Part shown: positions 18,001 through 36,000 of the stretch, one piece after another | Layout: every line of letters starts with the position of its first letter | Numbering within the stretch: position 1 is the stretch's first letter | DNA from: Eledone cirrhosa | Lineage: Eukaryota | Length of the DNA stretch: 64,000 nt | NCBI GenBank assembly: GCA_964016885.1 | Contig: OZ024743.1 | Coordinates: forward strand, 178,808,001 to 178,872,000 | Reading direction: 5' to 3' | The notes under the pieces: generated by a model | The model's database searches: none | What the model was told of the DNA's origin: nothing | The model's input: only the letters and a program-made list of their open reading frames with translations | Translations under genes and position numbers: made by a program

Positions 18001-21000
18001 AACCACTACCCCAACATCATCATCACCAACGACAACACCACCACCACATCCTCTACCCCAACATCATCATCATCAACGACAACACCACCACCACAACTAC
18101 TACCCCAACATCATCATCATCAACGACAACACCACCACCACAACCACTACCCCAACATCATCATCATCAACGACAACACCACCACCACAACCACTACCCC
18201 CAACATTATCATCATCAACGAGAACACCACCACCACAACCACTACCCCAACATCATCATCATCAACGACAATACCACCACCACAACCTCTACCCCCAACA
18301 TCATCATCATCAACGACAATACCACCACCACAACTACTACCCCAACATCATCATCATCAACGACAACACCACCACCACAACCACTACCCCAACATCATCA
18401 TCATCAACGACAACACCACCACCACAACCACTAGCCCCAACATCAACATCATCAACGACAACACCACCACCACAACCTCTACCCCCAACATCATCATCAT
18501 CAACGACAACACCACCACCACAACTACTACCCCAACATCATCATCATCAACGACAACACCACCACCACAACCACTACCCCAACATCATCATCATCAACGA
18601 CAACACCACCACCACAACCTCTACCCCCAACATCATCATCATCAACGACAACACCACCACCACAACCACTAACCCCAACATCATCATCATCAACGACAAC
18701 ACCACCACCACAACCACTACCCCAACATCATCATCATCAACGACAACACCACCGCCACAACCACTACCCCCAACATCATCATCATCAACGACAACACCAC
18801 CACCACAACCACTACCCCAACATCATCATCATCAACGACAACACCACCGCCACAACCACTACCCCCAACATCATCATCATCAACGACAACACCACCACCA
18901 CAACCACTACACCCAACATCATCATCATCAACGACAACACCACCACCACAACCTCTACCCCCAACATCATCATCATCAACGACAACACCACTACCACAAC
19001 CACTACCCCCAACATCATCATCACCAACGACAACACCACCACCACAACCACTACCCACAACATCATCATCATCAACGACAACACCACCACCACAACCTCT
19101 ACTCCCAACATCATCATCATCAACGACAACACCACCACCACAACCACTACCCCCAACATCATCATCATCAATGACAACACCACCACCACAACCTCTACCC
19201 CCAATATCATCATCATCAACGACAACACCACCACCACAACCACTACCCCCAACATAATCATCATCAACGACAACACCACCACCACAACCACTACCCCCAA
19301 CATCATCATCATCAACGACAACACCACCACCACAACCACTAACCCCAACATCATCATCATCAACGACAACACCACCACCACAACCTCTACCCCCAATATC
19401 ATCATCATCAACGACAACACCACCACCACAACCACTACCCCCAACATAATCATCATCAACGACAACACCACCACCACAACCACTACCCCAACATCATCAT
19501 CATCAACGACAACACCACTACCACAACCACTACCTCCAACATCATCATCATCAACGATAACACCACCACCACAACCATTAAGCCCAACATCATCATCATC
19601 AACGACAACACCACCACCACAACCACTACCCCAACATCATCATCATCAACGACACCACCACCACCACAACCACTACCCCAACATCATCATCATCAACGAC
19701 AACACCACCAACACAACCACTACCCCCAACATCATCATCATCAACGACAACACCACCACCACAACCACTACCCCAAAATCATCATCATCAACGACAACAC
19801 CACCACCACAACCACTACCCCCAACATCATCATCATCAACGACAACACCACCACCACAACCGCTAACCCCAACATCATCATCATCAACGACAACACCACC
19901 ACCACAACCACTACCCCCAACATCATCATCATCAACGACACCACCACCACCACAACCACTACCCCCAACATCATCATCATCAACGACAACACCACCACCA
20001 CAACCACTACCCCCAACATCATCATCATCAACGACACCACCACCGCCACAACCACTACCCCAACATCATCATCATCAACGACAACACCACCACCACAACC
20101 ACTACCCCCAACATCATCATCATCAACGACAACACCACCACCACAACCACTACCCCAACATCATCATCATCAACGACAACACCACCACCACAACCACTAC
20201 CCCCAACATCATCATCATCAACGACAACACCACCACCACAACCGCTAACCCCAACATCATCATCATCAACGACAACACCACCACCACAACCACTACCCCC
20301 AACATCATCATCATCAACGACACCACCACCACCACAACCACTACCCCCAACATCATCATCATCAACGACAACACCACCACCACAACCACTACCCCCAACA
20401 TCATCATCATCAACGACACCACCACCACCACAACCACTATCCCCAACATCATCATCATCAACAATAACACCACCACCACAACCACTACCCCCAACATCAT
20501 CATCATCAACGACAACACCACCACCACAACCTCTACCCCCAACATCATCATCATCAACGACAACACCACCACCACAACCTCTACCCCCAACATCATCATC
20601 ATCAACGACAACACCACCACCACAACCTCTACCCCCAACATCATCATCATCAACGACAACACCACCACCACAACCACTACCCCCAACATCATCATCATCA
20701 ACGACAACACCACCACCACAACCACTATTCCAACATCATCATCAACAACAACACCACCACCACAACCACTAACCCCAACATCATCATCATCAACGACAAC
20801 ACCACCACCACAACCTCTACCCCCAACATCATCATCATCAACGACAACACCACCACCTCAACCACTACCCCCAACATCATCATCATCAACGACAACACCA
20901 CCACCACAACCACTACCCCAACATCATCATCATCAACGACAACACCACCACCACAACCACTACCCCAACATCATCATCATCAACGACAACACCACTACCA

Positions 21001-24000
21001 CAACCACTACCCCCAACATCATCATCATCAACGATAACACCACCACCACAACCATTAAGCCCAACATCATCATCATCAACGACAACACCACCACCACAAA
21101 CACTACCCCAACATCATCATCATCAACGACACCACCACCACCACAACCACTACCCCAACATCATCATCATCAACGACAACACCACCACCACAACCACTAC
21201 CCCCAACATCATCATCATCAACGACAACAACACCACCACAACCACTAACCCCAACATCATCATCATCAACGATAACACCACCACCACAACCACTACCCCA
21301 ACATCATCATCATCAACGACAACACCACCACCACAACCACTACCCCCAACATCATCATCATCAACGACAACAACACCACCACAACCACTAACCCCAACAT
21401 CATCATCATCAACGATAACACCACCACCACAACCACTACCCCAACATCATCATCATCAACGACAACACCACCACCACAACCACTACCCCAACATCATCAT
21501 CATCAACGACAACACCACCACCACAACCATTAAGCCCAACATCATCATCATCAACGACAACACCACCACCACAACCACTACCCCCAACATCATCATCATC
21601 AACGACAACACCACCAGCACAACCACTACCCCCAACATCATCATCCTCAACGACAACACCACCACCACAACCACTACCCCCAACATCATCATCATCAACG
21701 ACAACACCACCACCACAACCACTAACCCCAACATCATCATCATCAACGACAACACCACCACCACAACCACTACCCCCAACATCATCATCATCAACGACAA
21801 CACCACCACCACAACCACTAACCCCAACATCATAATCATCAACGACACCACCACCACCACAACCACTACCCCAACATCATCATCATCAACGACAACACCA
21901 CCACCACAACCACTACCCCCAACATCATCATCATCAACGATAACACCACCACCACAACCACTACCCCCAACATCATCATCATCAACGACAACACCACCAC
22001 CACAACTACTACCCCCAAAATCATCATCATCAACGATAACACCACCACCACAACCACTACCCCAACATCATCATCATCAACGACAACACCACCACCACAA
22101 CCACTACCCCAACATCATCATCATCAACGACAACACCACCACCACAACCTCTACCCCCAACATCATCATCATCAACGACAACACCACCACCACAACCACT
22201 ACCCCCAACATCATCATCATCAACGACAACACCACCACCACAACCACTATCCCCAACATCATCATCATCAACGACAACACCACCACCACAACCACTACCC
22301 CCAACATCATCATCATCAACGATAACACCACCACCACAACCACTACCCCAACATCATCATCATCAACGACAACACCACCACCACAACCACTACCCCAACA
22401 TCATCATCATCAACGACAACACCACCACCACAACCTCTACCCCCAACATCATCATCATCAACGACAACACCACCACCACAACCACTACCCACAACATCAT
22501 CATCATCAACGACAACACCACCACCACAACCACTACCCCCAACATCATCATCATCAACGACAACACCACCACCACAACCACTATCCCCAACATCATCATC
22601 ATCAACGACAACACCACCACCACAACCACTACCCCCAACATCATCATCATCAACGATAACACCACCACCACAACCACTACCCCAACATCATCATCATCAA
22701 CGACAACACCACCACCACAACCACTACCCCAACATCATCATCATCAACGACAACACCACCACCACAACCTCTACCCCCAACATCATCATCATCAACGACA
22801 ACACCACCACCACAACCACTACCCCCAACATCATCATCATCAACGACAACACCACCACCACAACCACTACCCCCAACATCATCATCATCAACGATAACAC
22901 CACCACCACAACCACTACCCCAACATCATCATCATCAACGACAACACCACCACCACAACCACTACCCCAACATCATCATCATCAACGACAACACCACCAC
23001 CACAACCACTACCCCCAACATCATCATCATCAACGACAACACCACCACCACAACCACTACCCCAAAATCATCATCATCAACGACAACACCACCACCACAA
23101 TCACTACCCCCAACATCATCATCATCAACGACAACACCACCACCACAACCGCTAACCCCAACATCATCATCATCAACGACAACACCACCACCACAACCAC
23201 TACCCCCAACATCATCATCATCAACGACACCACCACCACCACAACCACTACCCCCAACATCATCATCATCAACGACACCACCACCACCACAACCACTACC
23301 CCCAACATCATCATCATCAACGACACCACCACCGCCACAACCACTACCCCAACATCATCATCATCAACGACAACACCACCACCACAACCACTACCCCCAA
23401 CATCATCATCATCAACGACAACACCACCACCACAACCACTACCCCAACATCATCATCATCAACGACAACACCACCACCACAACCACTACCCCCAACATCA
23501 TCATCATCAACGACAACACCACCACCACAACCGCTAACCCCAACATCATCATCATCAACGACAACACCACCACCACAACCACTACCCCCAACATCATCAT
23601 CATCAACGACACCACCACCACCACAACCACTACCCCCAACATCATCATCATCAACGACAACACCACCACCACAACCACTACCCCCAACATCATCATCATC
23701 AACGACACCACCACCACCACAACCACTATCCCCAACATCATCATCATCAACAATAACACCACCACCACAACCACTACCCCCAACATCATCATCATCAACG
23801 ACACCACCACCACCACAACCACTACCCCAACATCATCATCATCAACGACAACACCACCACCACAACCACTACCCCCAACATCATCATCATCATCAACGAC
23901 AACACCACCACCACACCCACTAGCCCCAATATCATCATCATCAACGACACCACCACCACCACTACCCCCAACATCATCATCATCATCAACGACAACACCA

Positions 24001-27000
24001 CCACCACAAACACTACCCCAACATCATCATCATCAACGACAACACCACCACCACAACCACTACCCCCAACATCATCATCATCAACGACACCACCACCACC
24101 ACAACCACTACCCCAACATCATCATCATCAACGACACCACCACCACCACAACCACTACCCCCAACATCATCATCATCAACGACAACACCACCACCACAAC
24201 CACTACCCCCAACATCATCATCATCAACGACACCACCACCACCACAACCACTACCCCCAACATCATCATCATCAACGACACCACCACCACCACAACCACT
24301 ACCCCAACATAATCATCATCAACGACACCACCACCACCACAACCACTACCCCCAACATCATCATCATCAACGACACCACCACCACCACAACCACTATCCC
24401 CAACATCATCATCATCAACGATAACACCACCACCACAACCACTACCCCCAACATCATCATCATCAACGACACCACCACCACCACAACCACTACCCCAACA
24501 TCATCATCATCAACGACAACACCACCACCACAACCACTACCCCCAACATCATCATCATCATCAATGACAACACCACCACCACACCCACTAGCCCCAACAT
24601 CATCATCATCAACGACACCACCATCACCACCACCACTACCCCCAACATCATCATCATCATCAACGACAACACCACCACCACAAACACTACCCCAACATCA
24701 TCATCATCAACGACAACACCACCACCACAACCACTACCCCCAACATCATCATCATCAACGACACCACCACCACCACAACCACTACCCCCAACATCATCAT
24801 CATCAACGACACCACCACCACCACAACCACTACCCCAACATAATCATCATCAACGACACCACCACCACCACAACCACTATCCCCAACATCATCATCATCA
24901 ACGACAACACCACCACCACAAACACTACCCCAACATCATCATCATCAACGACAACACCACCACCACAACCACTACCCCCAACATCATCATCATCAACGAC
25001 ACCACCACCACCACAACCACTACCCCCAACATCATCATCATCAACGACACCACCACCACCACAACCACTACCCCAACATAATCATCATCAACGACACCAC
25101 CACCACCACAACCACTACCCCCAACATCATCATCATCAACGACAACACCACCACCACAACCACTAACCCCAACATCATCATCATCAACGACAACACCACC
25201 ACCACAACCACTAACCCCAACATCATCATCATCAACGACAACACCACCACCAAAACCACTAACCCCAACATCATCATCATCAACGACAACACCACCACCA
25301 CAACTACTACCCCAACATCATCATCATCAACGACAATACCACCGCCACAACCACTACCCCCAACATCATCATCATCAACGACAACACCACCACCACAACC
25401 ACTACCCCAACATCATCATCATCAACGACAACACCACCACCACATCCTCTACCCCCAACATCATCATCATCAACGACAACACCACCACCACAACTACTAC
25501 CCCAACATCATCATCATCAACGACAACACCACCACCACAACCACTACCCCAACATCATCATCATCAACGACAACACCACCAACACAACCACTACCCCCAA
25601 CATTATCATCATCAACGAGAACAGCACCACCACAACCACTACCCCAACATCATCATCATCAACGACAATACCACCACCACAACCTCTACCCCCAACATCA
25701 TCATCATCAACGACAACACCACCACCACAACTACTACCCCAACATCATCATCATCAACGACAACACCACCACCACAACCACTACCCCAACATCATCATCA
25801 TCAACGACAACACCACCACCACAACCACTAGCCCCAACATCAACATCATCAACGACAACACCACCACCACAACCTCTACCCCAAACATCATCATCATCAA
25901 CGACAACACCACCACCACAACTACTACCCCAACATCATCATCATCAACGACAACACCACCACCACAACCACTACCCCAACATCATCATCATCAACGACAA
26001 CACCACCACCACAACCTCTACCCCCAACATCATCATCATCAACGACAACACCACCACCGCAACCACTAACCCCAACATCATCATCATCAACGACAACACC
26101 ACCACCACAACCACTACCCCAACATCATCATCATCAACGACAACACCACCGCCACAACCACTACCCCCAACATCATCATCATCAACGACAACACCACCAC
26201 CACAACCACTACCCCAACATCATCATCATCAACGACAACACCACCGCCACAACCACTACCCCCAACATCATCATCATCAACGACAAAACCACCACCAGAA
26301 CCACTACACCCAACATCATCATCATCAACGACAACACCACCACCACAACCTCTACCCCCAACATCATCATCATCAACGACAACACCACCACCACAACCAC
26401 TACCCCCAACATCATCATCACCAACGACAACACCACCACCACAACCACTACCCACAACATCATCATCATCAACGACAACACCACCACCACAACCTCTACC
26501 CCCAACATCATCATCATCAACGACAACACCACCACCACAACCACTACCCCCAACATCATCATCATCAACGACAACACCACCACCACAACCTCTACCCCCA
26601 ACATCATCATCATCAACGACAACACCACCACCACAACCTCTACCCCCAACATCATCATCATCAACGACAACACCACCACCACAACCTCTACCCCCAACAT
26701 CATCATCATCAACGACAACACCACCACCACAACCACTACCCCCAACATCATCATCATCAACGACAACACCACCACCACAACCACTATTCCAACATCATCA
26801 TCAACAACAACACCACCACCACAACCACTAACCCCAACAACCACTAACCCCAACATCATCATCATCAACGACAACACCACCACCACAACCTCTACCCCCA
26901 ACATCATCATCATCAACGACAACACCACCACCACAACCACTACCCATAACATCATCATCATCACCAACGACAACACCACCACCACAACCACTACCCACAA

Positions 27001-30000
27001 CATCATCATCATCAACGACAACACCACCACCACAACCTCTACCCCCAACATCATCATCATCAACGACAACACCACCACCACAACCACTACCCCCAACATC
27101 ATCATCATCAACGACAACACCACCACCACAACCACTAACCCCAACATCATCATCATCAACGACAACACCACCACCACAACCTCTACCCCCAACATCATCA
27201 TCATCAACGACAACACCACCACCACAACCACTACCCATAACATCATCATCATCAACGACAACACCACCACCACAACCACTACCCCCAACGTCATCATCAT
27301 CAACGACAACACCACCACCACAACCACTACCCATAACATCATCATCATCATCAACGACAACACCACCACCACAACCACTACCCCCAACATCATCGTCATC
27401 AACGACAACACCATCACCACAACCACTACCCATAACATCATCATCATCATCAACGACAACACCACCACCACCACAACCACTACCCATAACATCATCATCA
27501 TCAACGACAACACCACCACCACAACCTCTACCCCCAACATCATCATCATCAGCGACAACACCACCACCACAACCACAAACCCCAACATCATCATCATCAA
27601 CGACAACACCACCACCACAACCACTACCCCAACATCATCATCATCAACGACAACACCACCGCCACAACCACTACCCCCAACATCATCATCATCAACGACA
27701 ACACCACCACCACAACCACTACACCCAACATCATCATCATCAACGACAACACCACCACCACAACCTCTACCCCCAACATCATCATCATCAACGACAACAC
27801 CACCACCACAACCACTACCCCCAACATCATCATCAACGACAACACCACCACCACAACCACTACCCACAACATCATCATCATCAACGACAACACCACCACC
27901 ACAACCACTACCCCCAACATCATCATCAACGACAACACCACCACCACAACCACTACCCATAACATCATCATCATCAACGACAACACCACCACCACAACCA
28001 CTACCCACAGCATCATCATCATCAACGACAACACCACCACCACAACCACTACCCCCAACATCATCATCAACGACAACACCACCACCACAACCACTACCCA
28101 CAACATCATCATCATCAACGACAACACTACCACCACAACCACTACCCCCAACATCATCATCAACGACAACACCACCACCACAACCACTACCCATAACATC
28201 ATCATCATCAACGACAACACCACCACCACAACCACTACCCCCAACATCATCATCATCAACGACAACACCACCACCACAACTACTACCCTCAACATCATCA
28301 TCATCAACGACAACACCACCACCACAACCACTACCCCCAACATCATCATCATCAACGACAACACCACCACCACAACCACTACCACAACATCATCGTCATC
28401 AACGACAACACCACCACCACAACCACTACCCATAACATCATCATCATCATCAACGACAACACCACCACCACCACAACCACTACCCATAACATCATCATCA
28501 TCAACGACAACACCACCACCACAACCACTACCACAACATCATCGTCATCAACGACAACACCACCACCACAACCACTACCCATAACATCATCATCATCATC
28601 AACGACAACACCACCACCACCACAACCACTACCCATAACATCATCATCATCAACGACAACACCACCACCACAACCACTACCCATAACATCATCATCATCA
28701 TCAACGACAACACCACCACAACAACCACTACCCCCAAACACCATCATCATCAACGACAACACCACCACCACAACCACTACCTCCAACATCATCATCATCA
28801 ACGACAACACCACCACCACAACCACTACCCCCAACATCATCATCATCAACGACAACACCACCACCACAACTACTACACCAACATCATCATCATCATCAAC
28901 GACAACACAACCACCACAACCACTAAACACAACATCATCATCATCAACGACAACACCACCACCACAACCACTACCCCCAACATCATCATCATCAACGACA
29001 ACACCACCACCACAACTACTACACCAACATCATCATCATCATCAACGACAACACCACCACCACAACCACTAAACACAACCTCATCATCGTCAACGACACC
29101 ACCACCACCACAACCATTACCCCCATCATCATCATCATCAACGACAACACCACCACCACAACCACTACCCCCAACATCATCATCATCAACGACAACACCA
29201 CCACCACAACCACTACCCCCAACATCATTATCATCAACGACACCACCACCACCACAACCACTACCCCAACATCATCATCATCAACGACAACACCACCACC
29301 ACAACCACTACCCCCAACATCATCAACATCAACGACACCACCACCACCACAACCACTACCCCCAACATCATCATCATCAACGACAACACCACCACCACAA
29401 CCACTACCCCCAACATCATTATCATCAACGACACCACCACCACCACAACCACTACCCCAACATCATCATCATCAACGACAACACCACCACCACAACCACT
29501 ACCCCCAACATCATCAACATCAACGACAACACCACCACCACAACCACTACCCCAACATCATCATCATCAACGACAACACCACCACCACAACCACTACCCC
29601 CAACATCATCAACATCAACGACACCACCACCACCACAACCACTACCCCCAACATTATCATCATCAACGACAACACTACCACCACAACCACTACACCCATC
29701 ATCATCATCATCAACGACAACACTACCACCACAACCACTACACCCAACATCATCATCATCAACGACAACACCACCACCACAACCACTACCCCAACATCAT
29801 CATCATCAACGACACCACCACCACCACAACCACTACCCCCAACATCATCATCATCAACGACAACACTACCACCACAACCACTACACCCAACATCATCATC
29901 ATCAACGACAACACTACCACCACAACCACTACACCCATCATCATCATCATCAACGACAACACTACCACCACAACCACTACACCCAACATCATCATCATCA

Positions 30001-33000
30001 ACGACAACACCACCACCACAACCACTACCCCAACATCATCATCATCAACGACACCACCACCACCACAACCACTACCCCCAACATCATCATCATCAACGAC
30101 AACACTACCACCACAACCACTACACCCAACATCATCATCATCAACGACAACACTACCACCACAACCACTACACCCAACATCATCATCATCAACGACACCA
30201 CCACCACCACAACCACTATCCCCAACATCATCATCATCAACGACAACACCACCACCAAAACCACTATCCCCAACATCATCATCATCAACGACACCACCAC
30301 CACCACAACCACTATCCCCAACATCATCATCATCAACGACAACACTACCACCACAACCACTACACCCAATATCATCATCATCAACGACAACACCACCACC
30401 ACAACCACTACCCCAACATCATCATCATCAACGACAACACCACCACCAAAACCACTATCCCCAACATCATCATCATCAACGACACCACCACCACCAAAAC
30501 CACTATCCCCAACATCATCATCATCAACGACACCACCACCACCACAACCACTACACCCAACATCATCATCATCAACGACAACACTACCACCACAACCACT
30601 ACACCCAACATCATCATCATCAACGACAACACCACCACCACAACCACTAACCCCAACATCATCATCATCAACGACAAAACCACCACCAAAACCACTACCC
30701 CAACATCATCATCATCAACGACAACACCACCACCACAACCACTAACCCCAACATCATCATCATCAACGACAACACCACCACCACAACCACTACCCCAACA
30801 TCATCATCATCAACGACAACACCACCACCACAACCACTAACCACAACATCATCATCATCAACGACAACACCAACACCACAACCACTACCCCCAACATCAT
30901 CATCATCAACGACAACACCACCACCACAACCACTACCCCAACATCATCATCATCAACGATAACACCACCACCACAACCACTACCCCAACATCATCATCAT
31001 CAACGACAACACCACCACCACAATCACTCTCCCCAACATCATCATCATCAACGACAACACCACCACCACAACCACTACCCCCAACATCATCGTCATCAAC
31101 GACAACACCACCACCACAACCACTACCCCAACATCATCATCATCAACGACAACACCATCACCACAATCACTCACCCCAACATCATCATCATCAACGACAA
31201 CACCACCACCACAACCACTACCCCCAACATTATCGTCATCAACGACAACACCACCACCAGAACCACTACCCCCAACATCATCGTCATCAACGACAACACC
31301 ACCACCACAATCACTCACCCCAACATCATCATCATCAACGACAACACCACCACCACAACCACTACCCCCAACATCATCATCATCAACGACAACACCACCA
31401 CCACAACCTCTACCCCCAACATCATCGTCATCAACAACAACACCACCACCATAACCGCTACCCCCAACATCATCATCATCAACGACAACACCACCACCAC
31501 AACCACTACCCCAGCATCATCGTCATCAACGACAACACCACCACCACAACCTCTACCCCAACATCATCATCATCAACGACACCACCACCACCACAACCAC
31601 TACACCCAACATCATCATCATCAACGACAACACCACCACCACAAACACTACCCCCAAACACCATCATCATCAACGACAACACCACCACCACAACCACTAC
31701 CCCAACATCATCATCATCAACGACAACACCACCACCACAACCGCTACCCCCAACATCATCGTCATCAACGACAACACCACCACCACAACCACTAGCCCCA
31801 ACATCATCGTCATCAACGACAACACCACCACCACAACCACTACCTCAACATCATCATCATCAACGACACCACCACCACCACAACCACTACACCCAACATC
31901 ATCATCATCAACGACAACACCACCACCACAAACACTACCCCTAAACACCATCATCATCAACGACAACACCACCACCACAACCACTACCCCCAACATCATC
32001 GTCATCAACGACAACACCACCACCACAACCGCTACCCCCAACATCATCGTCATCAACGACAACACCACCACCACAACCACTACCCCAACATCATCATCAT
32101 CAACGACAACACCACCACCACAACCGCGACCCCCAACATCATCGTCATCAACGACACCACCACCACCACAACCACTACACCCAACATCATCATCATCAAC
32201 GACAACACCACCACCACAAACACTACCCCCAAACACCATCATCATCAACGACAACACCACCACCACAACCACTACCCCAACATCATCATCATCAACGACA
32301 ACACCACCACCACAACCACTACCCCAACATCATCATCATCAACGACAACACCACCACCACAACCACTACCCCAACATCATCATCATCAACGACAACACCA
32401 CCACCACAACCACTACCCCAACATCTTCATCATCATCAACGACAACACCACCACCACAACCACTAACCCCAACATCATCATCAACAACACCACCACCACA
32501 ACCACTACCCCAACATCATCATCATTATCAACGACAACACCACCACCACAACCACTACCCCAACATCATCATTATCATCAACGACACCACCACCACCACA
32601 ACCACTACCCCAACATCATCATCATCAACGAAAACACCACCACCACAACCACTACCCCCAACATCATCATCATCAACGACACCACCACCACCACAACCAC
32701 CACCCCCAACATCATCATCATCAACGACAACACCACCACCACAACCACTACCCCCAACATCATCATCATCAACGACAACAGCACCACCACAACCACTACC
32801 CCAACATCATCATCATCATCAACGACACCACCACCACCACAACCACTACCCCCAAACACCATCATCATCAACGACAACACCACCACCACAACCACTACCC
32901 CAACATCAGCATCATCAACGACAACACCACCACCACAACCACTACCCCCAAACACCATCATCATCAACGACAACACCACCACCACAACCACTACCCCAAC

Positions 33001-36000
33001 ATCATCATCATCAAAGACAACACCACCACCACAACCACTACCCCAACATCATCATCATCAACGACAACACCACCACCACAACCACTACCCCAACATCATC
33101 ATCATCAAAGACAACACCACCACCACAACCACTACCCCAACATCATCATCATCAACGACAACACCACCACCACAACCACTACCCCCAACATCATCATCAT
33201 CAACGACACACCACCACCACAACAACTATTCCAACATCATCATCAACAACAACACCACCACCACAACCACTACCCCCAACATCATCATCATCATCATCAA
33301 CAACAACACCACCACCACAACCACTACCCCCAACATCATCATCATCAACGACAACACCACCACCACAACCACTACCCCCAACATCATCATCATCATCAAC
33401 GACAACACCACCACCACATGCACTACTCCAACATCATCGTCAGCGACAACACCACCACTACAACCACTACCCCCAACATCATCATCATCAACGACAACAC
33501 CACCACCACAACCACTACCCCCAACATCATCATCATCATCAACGACAACACCACCACCACAACCACTACCCCAACATCATCATCATCATCAACGACATCA
33601 CCACCACCACAACCACTACCCCAACATCATCATCATCATCAACGACAACACCACCACCACAACCACTACCCCAACATCATCATCATCATCAACGACAACA
33701 CCACCACCACAACCACTACCCCCAACATCATCATCATCAACGACAACATCACCACCACAACCACTAACCCCAACATCATCATCATCAACGACAACACCAC
33801 CACCACATCCACAACCCCCAACATCATCATCAACGACAACACCACCACCACAACCACTATCCCCCACATCATCATCATCAACGACAACACCACCACCACA
33901 AGCACTACCCCAACATCATCATCATCAACGACAACACCACCACCACAACCACTACCCCCAACATCATCATCATCAACGACACCACCACCACCACTACCCC
34001 CAACATCATCATCATCAACGACACCACCACCACCACAACCACTACCCCAACATAATCATCATCAACGACACCACCACCACCACAACCACTACCCCAACAT
34101 CATCATCATCAACGACAACACCACCACCACAACCACTACCCCCAACATCATCATCATCAACGACACCACCACCACCACAACCACTACCCCCAACATCATC
34201 ATCATCAACGACAACACCACCACCACAACCACTACCCCAACATCATCATCATCAACGACAACACCACCACCACAACCACTACTCCCAACATCATCATCAA
34301 CGACAACACCACCACCACAACCACTACTCCCAACATCATCATCAACGACAACTCAACCACAACAACCACTACCCCAACAACATCATCATCAACGACAACA
34401 ACACCACTACTACCACTAACTCCAACATCATCATCATCATCAACGACAACACCACCACCACAACCACTACCCCAACATCATCATCATCATCAACGACAAC
34501 ACCACCACCACAACCACTACCCCAACATCATCATCATCATCAACGACAACACCACCACCACAACCACTAACCGCAACATCATCATCATCAACAACACCAC
34601 CACCACAACCGCTACCACAACATCATCATCATCATCAACGACAACACCACCACCACAACCACTAACCCCAACATCATCATCATCAACAACACCACTACCA
34701 CAACCACTACCCCAACATCATCATCATCATCAACGACAACACCACCACCACAACCACTACCCCAACATCATCATCATCATCAACGACAACACCACCACCA
34801 CAACCACTACCCCAACATCATCATCATCATCAACGACAACACCACCACCACAACCACTAACCGCAACATCATCATCATCAACAACACCACCACCACAACC
34901 GCTACCACAACATCATCATCATCATCAACGACAACACCACCACCACAACCACTAACCCCAACATCATCATCATCAACAACACCACTACCACAACCACTAC
35001 CCCAACATCATCATCATCATCAACAACAACACCACCACCACAACCACTACCCCCAACATCATCATCATCAACGACAACACCACTACCACAACCACTAACC
35101 CCAACATCATCATCAACGCCAACACCACCACCACAACCACTACTCCCAACATCATCATCAACGACAACTCCACCACCACAACCACTACCCCAACAACATC
35201 ATCATCAACGACAACAACACCACCACAACCACTAACCCCAACATCATCATCATCAACAACACCACCACCACAACCACTACCCCAACATCATCATCATCAT
35301 CAACGACAACACCACCACCACAACCACTACCCCAACATCATCATCATCATCAACGACACCACCACCACCACAACCACTACCCCAACATCATCATCATCAA
35401 CGAAAACACCACCACCACAACCACTACCCCCAACATCATCATCATCAACGACACCACCACCACCACAATCACTACCCCCAACATCATCATCATTAACGAC
35501 AACACCACCACCACAACCACTACCCCCAACATCATCATCATCAACGACAACACCACCACCACAACCACTACTCCCAACATCATCATCAACGACAACACCA
35601 CCACCACAACCACTAACCCCAACATCATCATCAACGACAACACCACCACCACAACCACTACCCCAACAACATCATCATCAACGACAACACCACCACCACA
35701 ACCACTAACCCCAACATCATCATCAACGACAACACCACCACCACAACCACTACCCCAACATCATCATCATCAACGACAACACCACCACCACAACCACTAC
35801 ACCCAACATCATCATCATCAACGACAACACCACCACCACAACCACTACTCCCAACATCATCATCAACGACAACACCACCACCACAACCACTACCCCCAAC
35901 ATCATCATCATCAACAACACCACCACCACAACCACTACCCCCACCAACATCATCATCAACGACAACAACACCACCACTACCACTTACCCCAACATCATCT

